Below, piece by piece: positions 40,518 through 52,809 of a stretch of 64,000 bases of DNA. The DNA is taken from the NCBI GenBank assembly GCA_963764725.1, contig CAVXTM010000010.1, forward strand, positions 128,001-192,000, written 5' to 3'. The position numbers were made by a program, and so were the translations under genes. Numbering within the stretch: the stretch's first letter is position 1; the number at the start of each line of letters is the position of its first letter. Source of the DNA: an uncultured Gammaproteobacteria bacterium. Lineage in GTDB: Bacteria; Pseudomonadota; Gammaproteobacteria; JACCXJ01. The notes below the pieces were generated by a model. That model was not told where the DNA came from. It made no database searches and was given only the letters and a program-made list of their open reading frames with translations.

Positions 40518-41323
40518 ATGTGCAACCCATTCAACGTCGCGTCGTGACCTCTGGCTCTCCCGCATTCGCCGCGCGCGCCCCCGATGGCTACATTCGGTTC
40601 CGGCTGCGGGGGGTGGATGTCGTGGCCCGGCGTGAGCACACCGATGGCGTCCGTGAGATGATCGCCCTGTCAACTCTGTACGAATATGCCGCTCGACACC
40701 CAGACCGGCGCCGGATCGAGGGGCGCGTTCCGGCATACGCGGTAACTCTTCCCGACGGCACGACGCGCGTCGTCGTACGTCACTCGCATCACGGCGGGCT
40801 ACTCGCCGGGATCACGCGCGACCGGTTTCTCGCGCCGACGCGCGCGCCGCAAGAGCTGTCCAACGCGCTGCGCCTCGCGGCTCTCGGCGTGCCGACGCCT
40901 ATGATCGTCGCCTACGCGGCCTACCCGGCCGGCCCCTGGCTCCGCCGCAGCGACATCGTCACCCTTGAGCTAGTGCCTGGGAGAGACCTCGCCGCCGTGC
41001 TCATGCAACCGCTAGTGAAGGACGACCGCCGCCGCGTCCTCCAGGCGGTCGCCGAGCTGCTGCGCACCCTCGATCGGGCCGGAGCACGCCACCCCGACCT
41101 GACCGTGAAGAACGTGTTTCTCGTCAATAGGTGCGGCGCCTGGCATGCCTACGTCCTCGACGTCGACCGCGTCGTCTTCCGCTGCACCGGCGACGCGCGC
41201 ATTACCGAGGCGAACCTCCGCCGGTTCTTGCGATCGGCGCGGAAGTGGCGCGACCGCTACAGCGTCCAGATCGACGAGAGCGATCTCACCTGGCTAGTCG
41301 CCGCCGTCACGCGCCACGGATGA
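40518..41323 (+). CDS. Kdo/LPS kinase-family protein (start uncertain)
   Basis: VRHSHHGGL, HPDLTVKN, LDVDR, ANLRRFLRSARK. Confidence 0.85.
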
Positions 41324-42366
41324 GCGCGCCCGACCGTCTCGACCGCATTGGCATCGTCATGATGAGCGCGGTGGGCGACGCCGTGCACGTGCTCCCAGTA
41401 CTGAACGCCTTCAAGCGGTGCCACCCCGCAAGCCACGTGACGTGGGTGCTGCAGCCGGTGCCGGCCACGCTCGTGCGCGGCCACCGATCGGTGGACGAGA
41501 TCGTGATCTTCGATCGCGCACAGGGAATGCGCGCGTTTCTCGACGCGCGGAACCAGCTCGCGCGGCGCCCGTTCGACCTGGTGCTGAACCTGCAGGTGTA
41601 CTTCAAAGCCGGCCTCATCACCCACTTCACGCGCGCGCCGGTCAAGCTCGGCTTCGATCGCGCGCGAGCCCGCGACTTCAACTGGCTGTTCACCAACACC
41701 AAGATCCCGCCGCACCGCGGCCAGCACGTGCAAGACCAGTACTTCGAGTTCCTCGCCGCCTTAGGCATACCGCACCAGCCGGTGGTCTGGGACCTCGGGC
41801 CGTGGCCACACGAGCGCGAGTGGCAGCGTCGGTTCTACGCCCCCATAGCGCGCCCGGCGGCGGCGCTGGTGATCGCGACAAGCAAGCCGCAAAAGGATTG
41901 GATCCCTGAGCGCTGGGCCACGCTCGTCGACGCACTGTCCGCCGACTACGGCCTGCAGCCGGTGCTCGTTGGCGGACGGTCGGTGCGGGAGCTGCACGCC
42001 GAGGAGGTCATCCTGCGGAGGGCCAGGCACCGGCCCCTCTCGGCGCTCGGCTGCGGGCTGCGCAAGCTCGTCGGCGTTCTCGATGGCGCGGCGCTTGTCA
42101 TCGCTCCCGATACCGGTCCGCTGCACATGGCTGTCGCCCTCGACCGCCCCGTCATCAGCTTGATGGGCTACACCAATCCCAAGCGCACGGGACCATACTG
42201 CAAGTTTCCCGATCTCATCGTCGACGCCTACGGCGATCCGGGCGAGCCGTACCCCATCTCGATGGAGACGCGCCTCGATCGCATGCCGCGGATCCAGGTG
42301 TGCGACGTGCTCGACAAGGTGGACCGGTGGCGGGCGCAGTATCGCGATCGCCGCAGAGTTATATGA
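41320..42366 (+). CDS. GT9 heptosyltransferase-family protein
   Basis: SAVGDAVH, PDTGPLHMA, NPKRTGP. Confidence 0.9.
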   Translation: MSAPDRLDRIGIVMMSAVGDAVHVLPVLNAFKRCHPASHVTWVLQPVPATLVRGHRSVDEIVIFDRAQGMRAFLDARNQLARRPFDLVLNLQVYFKAGLITHFTRAPVKLGFDRARARDFNWLFTNTKIPPHRGQHVQDQYFEFLAALGIPHQPVVWDLGPWPHEREWQRRFYAPIARPAAALVIATSKPQKDWIPERWATLVDALSADYGLQPVLVGGRSVRELHAEEVILRRARHRPLSALGCGLRKLVGVLDGAALVIAPDTGPLHMAVALDRPVISLMGYTNPKRTGPYCKFPDLIVDAYGDPGEPYPISMETRLDRMPRIQVCDVLDKVDRWRAQYRDRRRVI

Positions 42367-42461
42367 CATCATCGGGACTCACGGAGAAACCGGTGCGCCG
42401 CTGCGAGATCTTGGATCATCGGGGCAGGGCATCTCAACCACCAGGGACGCGTCCGTGTGGG

Positions 42462-42558
42462 ATTCATCGCAAAGCGGTAAGGCAGAACGAATGCTCTCCA
42501 CAAATGGATAACCAAGCATTGTTCCATTGCGGATAAAGGTGAAACCGCTGACACGCAC
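42462..42558 (-). pseudogene. Diverged duplicate of the first 97 bp of the GT2 gene
   Basis: Aligns without gaps to 40188-40284. Confidence 0.9.
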
Positions 42559-42576
42559 CGGGCTGGGCTTTGAAGC

Positions 42577-43614
42577 TCAATGGAGTCGGTCTAGGGCCGC
42601 CATCACTCGCTCGGGTTCGAGCCTTCTGAGGCAATCGAGGTGACCCAAAGGGCAGATCGGTTTAAAGCAAGGACTGCACGGAAGCCCTAAGTATTCGATT
42701 CGGGCATCACGGTTCAGGGGAGGGGTAAAACGCGGATCTGAGGATCCGTACACTGCGACGAGGGGGCGATTGAGTGCCGAGGCCACATGCATTAAACCCG
42801 AATCATTGCTCAGTACGGCGGAGGCCAGGGAGAGCAGATCCATAGCTTCACCAAGAGTGGTACGTCCGGCTAAGTTTACACAACCGCCACCCGCGCCCTC
42901 GCAAACCCCGCGGGCCGCTTCTGCATCCCGTACCGAACCGAATATCCACACCGCCCAACCCTGAGCCCGCTTGCGTCGCGCGATCTCGGCAAAATATTCC
43001 GGCGGCCAGCGCTTGGCTGGCCCAAACTCAGCCCCGGGGCACAGAGCGAGCAGGCGCTCAGGCCGCTCCAGTCCCAGGGTTTGGAGGCTGCGCGCCACAG
43101 AGCCCGGGTCTATTCGTAGATCAGGTAGCGGAAAGGTTTCAGGAAACGTGGCACCCGAGGGCAGGCCCAGAGCCACGAAGCGCTGTACCGTCATCGTTAA
43201 ACGGCTATTATCCAAACGCCGCACGTCATTGAGCAAGCCCCAACGCCCCTCGCCCAGGTAGCCCGTGCGGCGCGGGATCTGGGCCCAAAAAGGCACCAAG
43301 GCCGATTTAAAAGAATTGGGCAAAACGATGCTCCAGGTATAGCCCAAGGCTCGCAAACTCCGCCCCAACCGATAACGCCCCGCAAGCTTAAGCGCGCCGT
43401 GCCCCCAGGGAAGTTCCCGAGCCGTGCGCACCTCCGGCATGCGGGCGAGCAAGGGCAAGCTCCAAGCCGGGGCAAGCACGTCGATGGCAAGATCGGAATT
43501 CTGTTCGAACAGCAGGCGAAACAAGCTCTGCGCCATGACCATGTCCCCAACCCACGACGGGCCGACGATGAGGATCACGGGTGCCGCCGGCCGGCGGAAA
43601 GCAGTGAGCCGCAT
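42577..43614 (-). CDS. waaF: Lipopolysaccharide heptosyltransferase II
   Basis: GPSWVGDMVMAQSL, CPGAEFGPAKRWP, SNDSGLMH. Confidence 0.95.
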   Translation of the reverse strand: MRLTAFRRPAAPVILIVGPSWVGDMVMAQSLFRLLFEQNSDLAIDVLAPAWSLPLLARMPEVRTARELPWGHGALKLAGRYRLGRSLRALGYTWSIVLPNSFKSALVPFWAQIPRRTGYLGEGRWGLLNDVRRLDNSRLTMTVQRFVALGLPSGATFPETFPLPDLRIDPGSVARSLQTLGLERPERLLALCPGAEFGPAKRWPPEYFAEIARRKRAQGWAVWIFGSVRDAEAARGVCEGAGGGCVNLAGRTTLGEAMDLLSLASAVLSNDSGLMHVASALNRPLVAVYGSSDPRFTPPLNRDARIEYLGLPCSPCFKPICPLGHLDCLRRLEPERVMAALDRLH

Positions 43615-43850
43615 AAAATCGGCCGATCGCCGTCCCAAAACATCATTCCTCTCGTCGGTATCATATGGCAGTGCCGGTTTTTTTTGGTATTTTAGCAGAA
43701 CTGGCTGCCGCCGGCGGACGGAATTTTCCAATCCGAACCGAACCACAAGGTTTCGTCGCGCGAAAGAACCATCGCTGGATGATGAAGCTGGCAAAGTATT
43801 TCGGCTGCCGGTTCGACAAAAAACATTACCGGCTGGTGCGTTGAGATTCT

Positions 43851-44648
43851 TCAGGCCGCTTCTTCGCGGGCGCGGCGCTTTTTGTAAACCTTGCAGACAT
43901 TGCGGTAGAAGGTCTGGTTGTAAAGCCGGTGGAGCAGAAAGTTTGGCTGGAGTTCGCTCTCATATTTGTCGAACGAGGCGACCTTGTCCGTCGGCGAAAA
44001 TCCGGTCTGCGCACAGAATTTCGGGAAGATTTCCTTCACCGCAAAATCATAAAGCTCCAGGTCGAGCCGGTTCATTTCGCGCGTCATTTCCACGATGCGG
44101 CAGTCATTTTCGAGGGATTTTTTGATGGAACTGTCGCGGGCCGTGACTTTCCGTTTGTAATTCAGGTTCAGTTTGCAGGGACAGATTTTTTCAAGCATGT
44201 GCAGCGACAGATCGAATTTTTCCGTGAGGCCGATGAAGTTGAATTTTTCCAGAACCATTTTTGCCCGGCCCAGGTCGGCCTTGCCAGCCAGCCGCTTTAC
44301 ATGGATATTTTCCAGCACTTCATCTGAGCGCAGCATCTCCTCGAACGTCAGGGTTTTCCCGCCGCGCAACACCTCGTCCTGATAATGCGAAAAGACGCGG
44401 GCGACCGGCTCGCGGAGAAAGGTAATGTAAAACGGGTCCGGCACGGAAAAGCGCAGCGGGTCGGTAAGGTTTTCGCCCGCGATGCTGCGGAGCCATGGGA
44501 AAAGCTTACGGGTGAAATCCAGATCGCGCTGATCCACGACCTGCTTGCCCAGGTGGCCAAGGTGGCAATGGGTGATTCCAAGACTGTTTTCCAGAATGAA
44601 TTGAAAAGTCGTGCCGGCAGTCTTCGGGATGTGCAGAAAAAATAACAT
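43851..44648 (-). CDS. Sulfotransferase family protein
   Basis: FLHIPKTAGTT (PAPS loop), LREPVARVFSHY, GLTEKFD, LDLELY. Confidence 0.88.
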   Translation of the reverse strand: MLFFLHIPKTAGTTFQFILENSLGITHCHLGHLGKQVVDQRDLDFTRKLFPWLRSIAGENLTDPLRFSVPDPFYITFLREPVARVFSHYQDEVLRGGKTLTFEEMLRSDEVLENIHVKRLAGKADLGRAKMVLEKFNFIGLTEKFDLSLHMLEKICPCKLNLNYKRKVTARDSSIKKSLENDCRIVEMTREMNRLDLELYDFAVKEIFPKFCAQTGFSPTDKVASFDKYESELQPNFLLHRLYNQTFYRNVCKVYKKRRAREEAA

Positions 44649-45026
44649 CTGATGCTGTTGCTGGCTCAAATTAAGCCTTGGAGATTGGTTAAAGCCGCAG
44701 CGTTCGGCAACCGATTTATCCCAATACTGCCTCGCACGCGGTGACGACTTCGCCGGGACGGATGCTGGCAATATTTCAGTCAACCGCCGGCGCAGGTTGT
44801 GGCTTTTTGGTATTTTAGCATCCGGATAAGCTCCGCACGGTTTTGTACGGCCCGAAAATTTCTCGATCCTGGCGTGTTTGACAGCTAACAGGTCCAGTCG
44901 TATCTTCCCTTTTGAACTGAAGGCCTTTTAATATCCCTATTCCCGGGATTGTCCGATATTTGGCCATAAAAAGCTTTATGAGCTGCAGTTCCGAACTTTC
45001 CCGAAAGCGCTGCTCCAGGCTAGTAA

Positions 45027-46085
45027 ACCGCCACGAAAATCCTCGCCATCCATTTTAAATATCTGGGCGATGCAGCCATTGTCACGCCGGCGCTGCGGGC
45101 CGTCAAAGAGCATTTCCCGCATTGCGCTTTACACGTGCTGACGCCGGCGGAGTTCGCGCCCATTTATCAATACCTGCCCTGGCTGGATAGAGTCTGGGGT
45201 GTGCCCCGATCGCGCGGGCACGCCCGACCCAAAGAAACCTGGCCTATCATCCGTGCGCTGAGGCGGGAGCGGTTCGATCGCTCGGTCGATTTTGTCGGCA
45301 ATGATCGCGGCGCCATTTTAAGTTTGCTTTGCGGCGCGCGGCAAAGGCTCGGTCCCATTGCCGCCGGCGGGTTCTTCGGACGTCGGTTTTGCTACACTGA
45401 GCGTATCCACGAAAGGAGTCTCGATCCAGCCTGGGTGCAGAGGCACCTACAAGTGCTCGCGGTCTGGGGTGTTCAACCGCCGCGCTCTTTGGAGATGGAA
45501 GTCCGCGCTGATCCGAAGCTGGGCCAGTTTGCCGAACAACTATTGCCGGACAAAAAGATTGTTTGTCATCTCGCCACCGGACAGGCGAAGAAGGACTGGC
45601 CGATTGCATGCTGGGCGGGCTTTAATAAATTGGCTTCCGCTGCCGGCCTTGAACTTGTCTTTATGTCCGGCAACAGCGCGCGTGAACGTTTGTTGCTGGA
45701 AGCGCTGCGCAAATCGGCGCCGGGCATCTCCGTCCTGCCGGTGCTGCCGGATGTCGCCGCGTTGCTGGCCGTGTTGAAGCGGGCCAGACTTTTCATCTCC
45801 GGCGACACCGGTCCCTTTCATTGCGCCGCTGGGTTGGGAGTGCCGGTGATCGGGCTATTCGGTACCGACAACTCCCTCGCTCATGCCGCTCCTTTGTATC
45901 GCTCAGAGCAAGTTATCCGAGGCGGTCCATGCACGTGCGACGGACATTCCTATACATGCTACAGCAGTCAGCCGTGCATGGCGGCCATTTCAGCGCATGA
46001 TCTGTTGCGGCGTGCGCAGCAGGTTCTAGCATCGGTCGCACAGCCAACTCAGGCGGTGACAGGCAGGTTGCACGATCGCCGCTAA
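45027..46085 (+). pseudogene. GT9 glycosyltransferase with a disrupted 5' end
   Basis: KILAIHFKYLGD and SGDTGPFH motifs; in-frame TAA at 45024, upstream ATG 44978 out of frame. Confidence 0.75.
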
Positions 46086-46735
46086 AATACAAATCGGTTC
46101 GGTTGCGGCGCACCATGAAGCTGCGGTAAATCCGTTTCGAACAGGCTTTCGCTGGTCCATTCGCTGGGTCCGGCGCGCGTAATGAGACGCGCGTCCATGA
46201 TCGGGGACTGCCCGACCACGATAAATAGCCGCCCCTTGAGTGTCAGTTGCTGCTGAAAATGCTGAGTTAAGATGGGTACTGATCCCGTTACCGCGATGAC
46301 ATCGTAAGGTCCCTCACAGTCACGGGTGTCAAACCCGTTACCTACGGCAAGCTTGACGTTGGTGATTCCTCGTTGCCCGAGGAGGATTTCAGCCCGCTCG
46401 GCAAACTCCGGATTAATTTCCAGGGTCGTCACCTGGCTCCCGAGCGTGGCGAGTAAGGCGGTTACATAAGCGCTGCCCGTACCTATCTCAAGCATACAGT
46501 CCTTGGGCTCGATGGCGAGCGCTTGCAGCATGCGAGCCTCAACCTTCGGGGCCATCATGAATTCCCCGGCGCCAAGCGGGATGCACATATCCGCGAACGC
46601 CAGTTGGCGAAACTCGACCGGAACGAACACTTCGCGCGGCACCTCGGTCAGCAATTCGAGCACGCGCTGGTCCAGCACTTCCCAGGGCCGGATTTGCTGC
46701 TCAATCATGTTGAACCTCGCTTGCTCGACATTCAT
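46082..46735 (-). CDS. pcm: Protein-L-isoaspartate O-methyltransferase family
   Basis: ARFNMIEQQIRPW, LEIGTGSAY. Confidence 0.92.
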   Translation of the reverse strand: MNVEQARFNMIEQQIRPWEVLDQRVLELLTEVPREVFVPVEFRQLAFADMCIPLGAGEFMMAPKVEARMLQALAIEPKDCMLEIGTGSAYVTALLATLGSQVTTLEINPEFAERAEILLGQRGITNVKLAVGNGFDTRDCEGPYDVIAVTGSVPILTQHFQQQLTLKGRLFIVVGQSPIMDARLITRAGPSEWTSESLFETDLPQLHGAPQPNRFVF

Positions 46736-46823
46736 AACAGGCGACGGCTCTTGGAATTGGGGTAGGTTTCAAGCGGCTTGCACAACTTGGATTTTATTAT
46801 ATAGTGTGCTCTTACTGTTCGCA

Positions 46824-46904
46824 GCTAGGGGTGCCCCGGATGCGTGACGCCGGGCTGAGAGATACCCTTCGAACCTGATCCGGTTAGTACCGGCGTAGGG
46901 AAGC
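46824..46904 (+). ncRNA. TPP riboswitch
   Basis: GGGGTGCC...GCTGAGAGATACCCTTCGAACCTGATCCGGTTAGTACCGGCGTAGGGAA upstream of thiC. Confidence 0.95.
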
Positions 46905-46937
46905 GCTACAGCTCGCCGAATCCCTACGCCTCCATGA

Positions 46938-48824
<1,887 letters not shown>

Positions 48825-48843
48825 GGCGTCGGTTTGCCAACGA

Positions 48844-49617
48844 ATGCCGATCATGTTTAAGCGCCTAAAAGAGGACATCGCCTGCGTATTCGAGCGCGAT
48901 CCGGCCGCTCGCACCTTTTTCGAGGTGTTGACCACCTATCCGGGGCTGCACGCCATTGTCATGCACCGGATCAGCCACCGACTCTGGAAGCGGCAATGGA
49001 AGTGGCTGGCGCGCATGCTCTCGCACCTCGGACGCTGGCTCACGGGCATCGAAATCCATCCGGGCGCTTCGATAGGCCGCCGCTTTTTCATCGATCACGG
49101 CATGGGGGTGGTGATCGGGGAGACCTCGGAGATCGGGGATGATTGCACTCTATATCACGGCGTGACCCTGGGCGGCACGTCGTGGAACAAGGGCAAACGC
49201 CATCCCACACTGGAAACCAATGTGGTCGTCGGGGCGGGCGCAAAAATCTTGGGACCCATTACCGTCGGTGCGCGCGCGCGCGTGGGTTCCAACACCGTGG
49301 TCGTGCGCGATGTTCCGCCCGGCGGCACGGTGGTGGGCGTTCCCGGACAGCTCGTCGTCCCGCGCGATGAGAAATCGAAGCAACGCGAAGAAACCGCCCG
49401 CAGGATCGGCTTCGACGCTTACGGCACGACCAAGGACATGCCCGATCCGGTGGCCAACGCGATCCACTCCCTGCTCGATCACATCCACGCGATCGAGTCG
49501 CAAATCGAAAGCCTGCGCAAGGCCATGGGCGAACAAGGGATCAATTTACCAGAGGCGTCCGGCGAGCCGGCTTCCGCCGAAGAAGCTGTTGTGGATCGGC
49601 GCGCCTCCCGTCCTTAG
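48844..49617 (+). CDS. cysE: Serine O-acetyltransferase
   Basis: [33 protein letters not shown]. Confidence 0.96.
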   Translation: MPIMFKRLKEDIACVFERDPAARTFFEVLTTYPGLHAIVMHRISHRLWKRQWKWLARMLSHLGRWLTGIEIHPGASIGRRFFIDHGMGVVIGETSEIGDDCTLYHGVTLGGTSWNKGKRHPTLETNVVVGAGAKILGPITVGARARVGSNTVVVRDVPPGGTVVGVPGQLVVPRDEKSKQREETARRIGFDAYGTTKDMPDPVANAIHSLLDHIHAIESQIESLRKAMGEQGINLPEASGEPASAEEAVVDRRASRP

Positions 49618-49660
49618 GCGTGGTCATTTGAAACCTACACTGCGTTACTCGCGCGGCATA

Positions 49661-49685
49661 AAAGTTGACTAAATTACTCAGTTAT
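49661..49685 (+). promoter_or_regulatory. Putative IscR type-1 binding site overlapping the promoter
   Basis: aaagTTGACTaaattACTCAgttat upstream of iscR. Confidence 0.65.
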
Positions 49686-49729
49686 GGGATGCTGCGTGTA
49701 GAGAAAGATTTAGCGTATAGGGTGACTAA

Positions 49730-50233
49730 ATGCGACTGACAACGAAGGGCCGGTATGCCGTGACGGCGATGCTCGACCTTGCGATTCACCAGGACGGCGG
49801 CCTCATCGCCTTGGCGGATATTTCTTTACGCCAGGGGATTTCGCTGTCCTATCTCGAGCAACTGTTTGCACGCTTGCGCAAGAGCGGGTTGGTCAAGAGC
49901 GCGCGCGGCCCGGGCGGGGGTTATCGGCTAGGCCGGACCGCGCAGAGTATATCGGTTGCCGAAGTCATAGGATCGGTGGATGAAAGCGTCGATGCGACGC
50001 GTTGCGCAGGCAAGAAAAACTGCCAAGGGAGTGAGCGCTGCCTGACGCATGATCTGTGGGAGGATTTGAGTCATGAAATTTACGAGTTTTTGAGTAGGAT
50101 CACCTTGGGTGAGCTGGTCAACAGGCGTAGCGTGCGTGCGGTTTCGGCGCGTCAAGAGAGCCAGATCCTGCGGCTGCAGGTGCCACTCACGCGCGCCGCG
50201 ACGTTCCGGAATCTTATAGAGCGTGAGGGTTGA
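49730..50233 (+). CDS. iscR: Fe-S cluster regulator IscR
   Basis: [18 protein letters not shown]; three Cys plus CLTHDLW. Confidence 0.95.
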   Translation: MRLTTKGRYAVTAMLDLAIHQDGGLIALADISLRQGISLSYLEQLFARLRKSGLVKSARGPGGGYRLGRTAQSISVAEVIGSVDESVDATRCAGKKNCQGSERCLTHDLWEDLSHEIYEFLSRITLGELVNRRSVRAVSARQESQILRLQVPLTRAATFRNLIEREG

Positions 50234-50238
50234 GTACC

Positions 50239-50562
50239 ATGTCGATTATGCTGACCGAGCGGGCCGCATCCCACGTGAAGCGGTTCTTGGAAACTAAGGG
50301 CCAAGGAATCGGGCTGCGTCTCGGTGTGAAACCGACGGGGTGCTCGGGGTATGCGTACCAGATCGAGGCCGCGGAGAGTGTCGGCGCGGAGGACACGGTG
50401 TTCGAATCGAATGGCGTCACGCTTATCGTCGATGCGAAAAGCCTTCCTTACCTTTCGGGTACCGAGCTCGATTATGTGCGTGAGGGCTTGAATGCGGCAT
50501 TTAAGTTTCGGAATCCGAACGTGAAAGACACCTGCGGCTGTGGTGAAAGCTTTAACGTCTAG
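50239..50562 (+). CDS. iscA: A-type Fe-S carrier (IscA/SufA)
   Basis: GCSGYAY, CGCGESF. Confidence 0.93.
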   Translation: MSIMLTERAASHVKRFLETKGQGIGLRLGVKPTGCSGYAYQIEAAESVGAEDTVFESNGVTLIVDAKSLPYLSGTELDYVREGLNAAFKFRNPNVKDTCGCGESFNV

Positions 50563-50578
50563 AGCACCGAGGACACCA

Positions 50579-52027
50579 ATGGCCGCCAATACCCACGAAG
50601 TCGAAGCTCTGATCGGTAAAGAGTACGAAGCGGGCTTTTACACGGATCTCGAGGCCGATACGCTCCCGCCGGGACTGAACGAAGCGGTGATTCGGCTGAT
50701 TTCAAGCAAAAAGAACGAGCCCGAATGGTTATGCGAATGGCGGCTCAGCGCCTACCGACACTGGCTCACGCAGAAAGAACCTCGGTGGGCCACGGTGGTT
50801 CACCCGCCCATCGATTATCAGGGCATTTCCTATTATTCGGCGCCCAAGACCAACAAGGACGGTCCTAAGAGCCTGGAGGAGGTGGATCCGAAATTACTCG
50901 AGACTTACGAGAAGCTCGGGATCCCGCTGCACGAACGCGCGATTCTTGCCGGGGTCGCGGTCGATGCCGTCTTCGACAGCGTCTCGGTGGCCACCACGTT
51001 CAAAGAACGGCTCGCGGAGGCCGGTGTTATCTTCTGTTCTTTTTCCGAAGCGGTGCATAATCATCCCGATCTCGTGCGCCGGTATTTAGGATCGGTCGTG
51101 CCGGCGGGAGATAATTTCTTTGCGGCTCTGAATTCGGCGGTCTTCACGGACGGTTCGTTCTGCTACGTGCCGAAGGGCGTGCGGTGCCCGATGGAGCTGT
51201 CGACCTATTTCCGGATCAACGCCGCTAAGACGGGTCAGTTTGAACGTACCTTGATCATCGCCGACGAAGGCAGCCACGTCAGTTATCTCGAAGGTTGTAC
51301 GGCGCCCATGCGCGACGAAAACCAATTGCACGCGGCGGTGGTCGAGCTGGTGGCTATGGATAACGCCCAGATCAAATATTCGACGGTGCAAAACTGGTAT
51401 CCCGGGGATGAGAACGGCAAGGGCGGAATCTATAACTTCGTGACCAAGCGCGGGGAGTGCCGCGGCCACAACTCGAAGATCTCTTGGACGCAGATCGAAA
51501 CGGGTTCGGCGATCACCTGGAAATACCCGAGTTGCGTTCTCAGAGGCGACAATAGCAGCGGCGAATTTTATTCGGTAGCGTTGACCAATCATTACCAGCA
51601 AGCCGACACTGGGACCAAGATGGTCCACCTCGGCCGCAACACGCGCAGCACGATCATCTCGAAGGGGATTTCCGCGGGTCGGGGCAGGAACGCCTACCGT
51701 GGGCTCGTGCGGATCGCCAAGAGCGCCGCGAACGCCCGCAACTATACGCAGTGTGATTCGCTCCTCATGAGTGATCGCTGCGCCGCGCATACCTTTCCGT
51801 ACATCGAGGTCAAAAACCCGAGTGCGCGCGTGGAACACGAGGCGACGACCTCCAAGATCAGCGAGGATCAATTATTTTATTGCCGCCAGCGCGGCATCGC
51901 GGCAGAAGACGCAATCAATATGATCGTCAATGGTTTCTGCAAAGAGGTTTTCAAAGAGCTGCCCATGGAGTTCGCGGTGGAGGCCCAGAAGCTGTTAAGC
52001 GTGAGCCTGGCTGGGGCGATCGGCTGA
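50579..52027 (+). CDS. sufB: Fe-S assembly protein SufB
   Basis: [32 protein letters not shown]. Confidence 0.97.
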   Translation: MAANTHEVEALIGKEYEAGFYTDLEADTLPPGLNEAVIRLISSKKNEPEWLCEWRLSAYRHWLTQKEPRWATVVHPPIDYQGISYYSAPKTNKDGPKSLEEVDPKLLETYEKLGIPLHERAILAGVAVDAVFDSVSVATTFKERLAEAGVIFCSFSEAVHNHPDLVRRYLGSVVPAGDNFFAALNSAVFTDGSFCYVPKGVRCPMELSTYFRINAAKTGQFERTLIIADEGSHVSYLEGCTAPMRDENQLHAAVVELVAMDNAQIKYSTVQNWYPGDENGKGGIYNFVTKRGECRGHNSKISWTQIETGSAITWKYPSCVLRGDNSSGEFYSVALTNHYQQADTGTKMVHLGRNTRSTIISKGISAGRGRNAYRGLVRIAKSAANARNYTQCDSLLMSDRCAAHTFPYIEVKNPSARVEHEATTSKISEDQLFYCRQRGIAAEDAINMIVNGFCKEVFKELPMEFAVEAQKLLSVSLAGAIG

Positions 52028-52056
52028 GCCGCCGCGTGGCCCGGCGCCTATTTGAC

Positions 52057-52809
52057 ATGCTGACGATCTCGAACCTGCATGTGTGTGTAGACCGGAAACC
52101 GATCCTGCGCGGGATCGACCTCGAGGTCGGCCCGGGCGAAGTGCACGCCATCATGGGTCCCAACGGGTCTGGGAAGAGCACCCTTGCCCATGTGTTGGCC
52201 GGTCGCGACGCTTACGAGGTCACGCAAGGGACGGTGGTTTATGATGGCGCCGATCTCCTGGCGATGCCACCCGAGGATCGCGCGCGCCGGGGGATGTTCC
52301 TGGCCTTTCAATACCCGGTCGAGATCCCCGGGGTCAACAACGCTTATTTCCTCAAGGCGGCTCTCAACGCGGCGCGCAGATACCGCGGCTTGACGGAACT
52401 TGACGCCGTAGAGTTCCTCAGTCTCGTCAGGGAAAAGATGAAGCTCGTTCATCTCGATGAAGCATTGCTCAAACGCTCGGTGAATGAGGGCTTTTCCGGC
52501 GGAGAGAAGAAACGCAACGAGGTTTTCCAGATGGCGGTGTTGGAACCGCGCCTGGCGATCCTCGATGAAACCGACTCGGGATTGGATATCGACGCCTTAA
52601 AGATCGTGGCGGAAGGAGTTAACCGCCTCCGGGGCGGTGATCGAAGCATTATCCTCGTGACCCATTATCAACGGCTCTTGAACCATGTCTTACCCGATGC
52701 CGTGCACGTTCTGTCGGAGGGCCGCATTATCAAGTCGGGTAAACGCGATCTCGCGCTCGAGCTGGAAGAGCGCGGTTATGATTGGCTTCGGCCAAAGGCG
52801 CTGGCATGA
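52057..52809 (+). CDS. sufC: Fe-S assembly ATPase SufC
   Basis: MGPNGSGKST, FSGGEKKRNE, DETDSGLDIDA. Confidence 0.97.
   Translation: MLTISNLHVCVDRKPILRGIDLEVGPGEVHAIMGPNGSGKSTLAHVLAGRDAYEVTQGTVVYDGADLLAMPPEDRARRGMFLAFQYPVEIPGVNNAYFLKAALNAARRYRGLTELDAVEFLSLVREKMKLVHLDEALLKRSVNEGFSGGEKKRNEVFQMAVLEPRLAILDETDSGLDIDALKIVAEGVNRLRGGDRSIILVTHYQRLLNHVLPDAVHVLSEGRIIKSGKRDLALELEERGYDWLRPKALA

Noticed and set aside
43615-43794. Long N-terminal extension of waaF
   Set aside because: Recognisable WaaF sequence begins near ILIVGPSWVGD, and the region contains a promoter-like element.
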